Assembly: GCA_033763455.1 (NCBI GenBank)
Contig: JANRKO010000006.1
Coordinates: 32,001 to 96,000, forward strand
Length of the DNA: 64,000 nt
Source of the DNA: Polyangiaceae bacterium
Lineage (GTDB): Bacteria; Myxococcota_A; Polyangia; Polyangiales; Polyangiaceae
Reading direction: 5' to 3'
Under the pieces are notes generated by a model. It did no database searches. It saw only the letters and a list, made by a program, of their open reading frames with translations, and was not told where the DNA came from. The position numbers and the translations under genes are program-made. The first letter of the stretch is position 1. The number at the start of each line of letters is the position of its first letter. Shown in pieces: positions 59,024 through 64,000 of this stretch.

Positions 59024-59054
59024 GTTTTGGCTAGGTTCCCAGGGGTTTTGGCTA
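59024..59054. promoter_or_regulatory. Direct repeat GTTTTGGCTA x2 with a 21-bp period
   Basis: Copies at 59024-59033 and 59045-59054, upstream of the fibro-slime gene and the divergent small ORF. Confidence 0.5.
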
Positions 59055-59130
59055 AGCTTGGGCCAATTTTCGGCCGATTCTCACGAGTTTCAGGGCCATC
59101 TCCTCGGTAAACCTGCGTTAGCATGCGGCG

Positions 59131-60084
59131 ATGAGCAAAACGCCGTTCTTCACAGTTGCAGCTTCTTCGCTCGCGGTCACAACTCTTCAGCTCATGCTTG
59201 GTTGCTCCGCGGGAAGCAACGATTCAGGAAAAGCGCAAGGGTCAATATCCCCCGCTACATCAGACGGTTCGGGTGGTGAGGGCAGCGGAGGTGGCCGACC
59301 AATATTCCAGGTGGCGCCGCCTACGGGCACGAACACAACGGCGATCGATCCGAACTTTGGCGTTGGCGTCCCAACGGGGTCGTGCAATCCAAAGTTGATT
59401 GGGGTTGTGCGGGACTTCAATTCTGCCGCCTCTCCCGTGAACCCGAATTCAGACTTCGAGACATTCGTTGGCACCGGTATTACGGCTGGTCTCGTGAAGC
59501 CAGTTCTTGGTGCGGATGGCGCGCCTGTCTATCAGGATCCGCAACCTCCGGGTAACGTCCAGCTCACGAGTGCGTCCAATTTTGCCCTTTGGTACAACAA
59601 GAAGCATCCTGCCAAGGCCACGATTCAGTTGGATTTAGATAACCCTACTGCATCAGCAGGCATCAAAAAGAGTGTTGATCAGGTCACCGGCGCCACGACT
59701 TACGAGTCCACCAGTTTTTTCCCGATAGATGGGGCAGGCACCCAATCGGAGGACCTCCCCTACTTCGACGAGCTTGCCCCGCCCAACCAGCATAACTTCC
59801 ACTTCACCTTCGAGCTCAATACGAAGTTCATTTACAAGCCGGGCCAAATCTTCACGTTCTTTGGGGACGACGATCTTTGGGTGTTTATCGACAAGAAGCT
59901 TGCTGTGGACGTGGGCGGGCTCCACGCTCAGGAATTGGGCTCGGTTGCTCTCGATACGCTCGGGCTTGTAGCTGGCAAAGAATATGAGCTCAGCGTGTTC
60001 CACGCGGAACGGCACACGGATCAATCAAACTTCAAGGCAACGACCAACATCACCTTTTCCAACTGCGAGCCGATTCTCCGCTGA
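59131..60084 (+). CDS. Fibro-slime domain lipoprotein, copy 1
   Basis: LMLGC, VVRDF, DFE, FFPID, HNFHFTFE, GDDDLWVFI, FHAERHT. Confidence 0.92.
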   Translation: MSKTPFFTVAASSLAVTTLQLMLGCSAGSNDSGKAQGSISPATSDGSGGEGSGGGRPIFQVAPPTGTNTTAIDPNFGVGVPTGSCNPKLIGVVRDFNSAASPVNPNSDFETFVGTGITAGLVKPVLGADGAPVYQDPQPPGNVQLTSASNFALWYNKKHPAKATIQLDLDNPTASAGIKKSVDQVTGATTYESTSFFPIDGAGTQSEDLPYFDELAPPNQHNFHFTFELNTKFIYKPGQIFTFFGDDDLWVFIDKKLAVDVGGLHAQELGSVALDTLGLVAGKEYELSVFHAERHTDQSNFKATTNITFSNCEPILR

Positions 60085-60343
60085 TCGGACGAGGTAACTG
60101 CCGGGGCGCCCAATTGGCGGCGCGCCCCCAGCGATTGGATTCGTGTCGAGGCGCTTCTGCGTGCGAAGCAATAGGGATTTGTCCTAAGTCGTCGGGGTGC
60201 CTTGCGGTGGAAAAGTCGATCCACTGATTAAACGGTTTACTGACGCTTTGGCCCAGAGCTGTCAGTCTCCCGAGCAGACGACATCTTGCGAACTTTCGGC
60301 CGAACGCAACCAAAGGTCCGCAAACATCTCCATCGAGGGTCTC

Positions 60344-61297
60344 ATGACGAAAACACCGTTCCGCATGGGCAACGCCGCCCTGCTAAGCGTCGCAATTGTT
60401 CAGATCTTGCCAGGCTGCTCCGCGGCCAGCACCGATCCTGGGAAACCGCAAGACCCAATGGCTCTCGTCAGCGGCGACGGCTCGGGTGGTGCGGGCACGG
60501 GAGGTGGCTCGTCGATATTTCAAGTGGCACCGCCTGTGGGGACGAACACCAGCGCGATCAATCCTAATCTTGGGGTTGGTGAGCCAATGGGGTCTTGCAA
60601 CCCGAAGTTGATTGGAGTGGTTCGCGACTTCAACTCGGCCACTTCTCCCGTGAACCCGAATCCAGATTTCGAATCATTCGAAGGGATGGGTATTACCGCC
60701 GGTCTCGTGAAACCAGTTCTCGGCGCGGATGGTGCCCCCGTGTACCAAGATCCGCAGCCTCCGGGTAACGTTCAGCTCACGAGTGCGGCTAATTTTGCTC
60801 TTTGGTACAATAAGAACCACCCGGCCAAGGCCACTATCCAGCTGGATCTAGATAACCCCCTGCCTTCTGCCAGCATCAAGAAGAGCGTTGATCCAGCAAC
60901 CGGCGCCACCACATACGAATCGACCAGCTTTTTCCCAGTCGACGGCTTGGGCACACAGGCGGAAGATCTTCCGTACACGGACGATCTCGTTCCTCCGAAT
61001 GTGCACAACTACCACTTCACGTTTGAGCTCAATACGAAGTTCATTTACAAGCCGGGCCAGGTTTTCACATTCTTCGGCGACGACGACCTTTGGGTGTTTA
61101 TCGACAAGAAGCTTGCCGTAGACGTGGGCGGGCTGCACGGCCAGGCCTTGGGCTCGATCACTCTTGATACGCTCGGGCTGGTAGCTGGAAAAGAATATGA
61201 GCTCAGCGTGTTCCACGCAGAGCGGCACACGGATCAATCGAATTTCAAGGCAACCACGAACATTACCTTCTCCAACTGCGAGCCACTGATCCGCTGA
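60344..61297 (+). CDS. Fibro-slime domain lipoprotein, copy 2
   Basis: ATG 60344 follows GAGGG. Same 954-nt length as copy 1 with a near-identical core. Confidence 0.92.
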   Translation: MTKTPFRMGNAALLSVAIVQILPGCSAASTDPGKPQDPMALVSGDGSGGAGTGGGSSIFQVAPPVGTNTSAINPNLGVGEPMGSCNPKLIGVVRDFNSATSPVNPNPDFESFEGMGITAGLVKPVLGADGAPVYQDPQPPGNVQLTSAANFALWYNKNHPAKATIQLDLDNPLPSASIKKSVDPATGATTYESTSFFPVDGLGTQAEDLPYTDDLVPPNVHNYHFTFELNTKFIYKPGQVFTFFGDDDLWVFIDKKLAVDVGGLHGQALGSITLDTLGLVAGKEYELSVFHAERHTDQSNFKATTNITFSNCEPLIR

Positions 61298-61368
61298 TGG
61301 GGTAGGTAACAATTGGGCCTCGCTGTAGCGCTGCCCCAGAACGCATAAGAAAAACTGAAAGGATAGCA

Positions 61369-62850
61369 ATGCCAGGCTGGAGCACCCCCCTCAATCTGCT
61401 GGAAGAAGAATTCATTCAACGACGAGACGAGGGCGTCGTGATCCCCGAGGCGCTGATCCAACGCGCGGCCGAGCTGCACCGGCAAGCGGATGCTTACAAT
61501 CTTGCGCTGATCGATCCGATCTACGACGCACTCATGGCTCTGCCGGATGATCCGGAGCTCCGAGCTCGCGAACCCAACGAGCTCGACGCGATCCGCGCTC
61601 TTCGCCCCGAGGGCCCGCGGGATCTTCACTGGCAGCCAACTGACGCGGAGTTGTTAGACCGCCTACATGGCGCTTGGACAGGGCGGGCCTCAGGCTGTGC
61701 TCTTGGCAAGCCAGTTGAGGGCATGGGCATACTTTCTAACGAAGGTGGCAGGCACGTTGGGCGCAAGCGCATTAAGGCATATTTGAGCAACCGCGGCGAG
61801 TGGCCGTTGAAGGACTACTTTTCAGGTCGGGATGTTGGTGACGGCCTGAAGATCCATTGCAGGATGTCGCAACGCGAATCCATTGCGTACATGGAGCCCG
61901 ACGACGACATTCACTACACATTGGTGGGCTTGGGGGTTGTTGAACAACATGGGCCGGAGTTTACCTGGCAAGATGTTGGGCACTACTGGCTCGATCGCGT
62001 ACCCCAGACCCAGATCTGTACGGCTGAGGCTCAAGCTGTTCTGAATCTTCAAAATCGCTCGCTTCGAGGACGCCATGGGCACGCGACAGCAGCCTTCACA
62101 CGCCGTTACCGCAACCCATACCGCGAATGGATAGGTGCTCAGATCCGCGCCGATGGCTGGGCCTACTGCTGCGCCGGTAAACCAGAGCTAGCGGCGGAGT
62201 TTGCCTGGCGTGATGCGCATTGGACCCACGAGCGCAACGGCGTTTACGGCGAAATGATGTTTGCCGCGATTCAGGCGGCAGCCTTCGTCGAAACGGATCC
62301 TTGGCGCTTGGTCGAAATTGGGCTTTCAGAAATCCCGCGGGATTGTCGCTTGGCATGCGCTGTGCGCCGTTGCTTGGAAGCAGCCAAGACCCACCAACAC
62401 TGGGAGGGTTGCATGGATGTCGTGGAGGCCGTCTGCAAGGAGCTGAGCCCTAGCCACATCGTAGCGGAGGCGTGGTGGGAGCCCGTGCCAGTACAGGGCG
62501 TGAAACGGGTGGAAGGGATGAACGGGATTCACACCATCAATAACGCGCTCATCTGCGTACTGGGGATTATTTTTGGACGCATGGATAGCGTGGAATCAAT
62601 TGCGATCGGAGTCATGTGTGGGCTCGATACGGACTGCAATGGTGCCACTATCGGGTCCATCGTAGGTGCGGCAGCAGGGCGTGCGCGATTCAAGAACGAT
62701 CTTGCGGGGCGCTTGAACGACACGATCAAGCCCAACATCGTTGGGTTCCAAGAAGTGAGCATGAAAGAGCTCGCGGCGCGCACAGCCATCCAGTGGAGGC
62801 GCGTTGAAGATTGGGCTCGATCTCGCAAAGATGTCCTCAGAGGAGCCTGA
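61369..62850 (+). CDS. ADP-ribosylglycohydrolase family protein
   Basis: GCALGKPVEG, EPDDDIHYT, NPYREWIGAQIRAD, DTDCNGAT.GS, SD AAGGA. Confidence 0.9.
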   Translation: MPGWSTPLNLLEEEFIQRRDEGVVIPEALIQRAAELHRQADAYNLALIDPIYDALMALPDDPELRAREPNELDAIRALRPEGPRDLHWQPTDAELLDRLHGAWTGRASGCALGKPVEGMGILSNEGGRHVGRKRIKAYLSNRGEWPLKDYFSGRDVGDGLKIHCRMSQRESIAYMEPDDDIHYTLVGLGVVEQHGPEFTWQDVGHYWLDRVPQTQICTAEAQAVLNLQNRSLRGRHGHATAAFTRRYRNPYREWIGAQIRADGWAYCCAGKPELAAEFAWRDAHWTHERNGVYGEMMFAAIQAAAFVETDPWRLVEIGLSEIPRDCRLACAVRRCLEAAKTHQHWEGCMDVVEAVCKELSPSHIVAEAWWEPVPVQGVKRVEGMNGIHTINNALICVLGIIFGRMDSVESIAIGVMCGLDTDCNGATIGSIVGAAAGRARFKNDLAGRLNDTIKPNIVGFQEVSMKELAARTAIQWRRVEDWARSRKDVLRGA

Positions 62851-63047
62851 GCTGTTGAATCCGTAGTACGGGGCCTCGCCGGATGCTCTGGACGGCTAAG
62901 TACCAGTGCTGCTGTCGCAAATGCGTAATGTGATGTCAGAGACTGACTGTTGATAGGGGGCTAGCCTCCAGTCACACTAAATACGCAATGAATGGCGGTC
63001 GCAGGGTTAGCGGCAGCCAGGTGCGTTGCTTTACCGAGAGGCTGAGA

Positions 63048-64000
63048 ATGACGAAGAATTGCAATCCTTTGCGCTCGCTCACTGGTTTTCGTGCGGGGGC
63101 TCTGATGTCCGTGCTGGTGGCCGCAACCGGCTGCTCCACCAGCGTTGACAGCCCGCGCGGGGGAGGCTCTCAGCGGCCTCCAGGTGAGGAGGCTTCAGGT
63201 TCGGGTGGGGCCAACGCCAATGGGTCAGGTGGGGCCCCGGGAGCTCAAGGGACGGGTGCGACCCCAGCCATGGGTGGTGGGGTGAATCCGCCGGGCACGG
63301 GGGGCACGGCACCTGTAATCCCGGTGACCCCCACCGAAGGCCCTGCGCGTGGCGTGCTGCGATTGCTAACCAATGAGGAATATCGGAACACCATTCGCAG
63401 TCTGCTGAATTTCCCGGCCGTCCCCTCCGATGATCTTCAGCCTGAGACGGTGTCCCAGAGCTATCGAAACTTCTCGGATGTGCTCATCGTGACGGGCACC
63501 TTGGGTGGCCAATATGCAAGTCTCGCCGCAAGGGTTGCGCGAGAAGTCACCGACTTTCAAACACTAGCGCCTTGTGCCGAGGGCGCGGCTCCGCGTGAGT
63601 GCGCAGGCGCTTTCGTTCGGAATTTTGGCAAGCTTGCCTACCGCCGCCCGGTTACCGACGCTGAAGTGGAAATACACTTGGGTTTGTTTGACGGAGAGCT
63701 CGCTCGCAGTTCTTATCAGGAAGGCATTCGCTTGGTTCTCGAAGCGATGCTTCAAGCGCCCAACCTCCTGTATCGTTTCGAGCTGGGGACCCCCTCTGGC
63801 AACACGCGTACGCTGAACTCGTACGAGAGTGCTTCCTTGCTCTCCTACATGCTCACCTCGAACCCGCCGGATCCAGAGCTTATGGCGGGCGCGGATGCCG
63901 ATGCTCTCGCTACACCCAGCGGACGCGAAACGCACGCGCGCCGGTTGCTTGCCACCGATCTAGCGAAGGGATCCATCCGGAGCTTCATGCGGCAATGGTC
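63048..64000 (+). CDS. DUF1592-family lipoprotein (runs off the window end)
   Basis: Hand translation: MTKNCNPL...LVAATGC, Gly linker, LRLLTNEEYRNTIRSLL, AYRRP, APNLLYRFELG, LSYML. Confidence 0.88.
   Translation, partial: MTKNCNPLRSLTGFRAGALMSVLVAATGCSTSVDSPRGGGSQRPPGEEASGSGGANANGSGGAPGAQGTGATPAMGGGVNPPGTGGTAPVIPVTPTEGPARGVLRLLTNEEYRNTIRSLLNFPAVPSDDLQPETVSQSYRNFSDVLIVTGTLGGQYASLAARVAREVTDFQTLAPCAEGAAPRECAGAFVRNFGKLAYRRPVTDAEVEIHLGLFDGELARSSYQEGIRLVLEAMLQAPNLLYRFELGTPSGNTRTLNSYESASLLSYMLTSNPPDPELMAGADADALATPSGRETHARRLLATDLAKGSIRSFMRQW

Noticed and set aside
62913..62990. AATACGCAA shared with about 1626-1634 as a XylR-type site
   Set aside because: One 9-bp match with no consistent spacing could arise by chance.
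1..64000. tRNA, rRNA, riboswitch, prophage or integrase
   Set aside because: None recognised by eye. An Infernal or tRNAscan run would be needed to exclude small RNAs.

Overview
A GC-rich bacterial window whose gene content points to a myxobacterium, probably Polyangiaceae/Sorangium-like. The clues are a Ser/Thr kinase-PEGA gene, TIGR02147, fibro-slime proteins, MYXO-CTERM-like tails and Gly/Thr-linker lipoproteins. I see no rRNA, tRNA, CRISPR array, integrase or transposase. The window is dominated by secreted and surface modules: five DUF1592-type lipoprotein genes, four DUF1552 partners, two tandem DUF2341-LamG-C25 peptidase genes, three fibro-slime copies, a pacifastin/Kazal inhibitor and a kinase + TPR-PEGA-TonB receptor pair. 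Four AraC/XylR regulators are also present. Best novelty candidates: (1) a two-gene module at 3279-7396 that looks like a binary toxin, with a putative beta-pore former plus a variant PD-(D/E)XK nuclease and no immunity gene; (2) a PlpX-like radical SAM splicease with a zinc-ribbon, lipoprotein-like precursor carrying two LYG sites; (3) gingipain/PorU-like proteases that may self-process; (4) an orphan leader-peptide attenuator. Several genes are deletion remnants or carry point lesions. All family calls come from motif recognition by eye; no searches were run.
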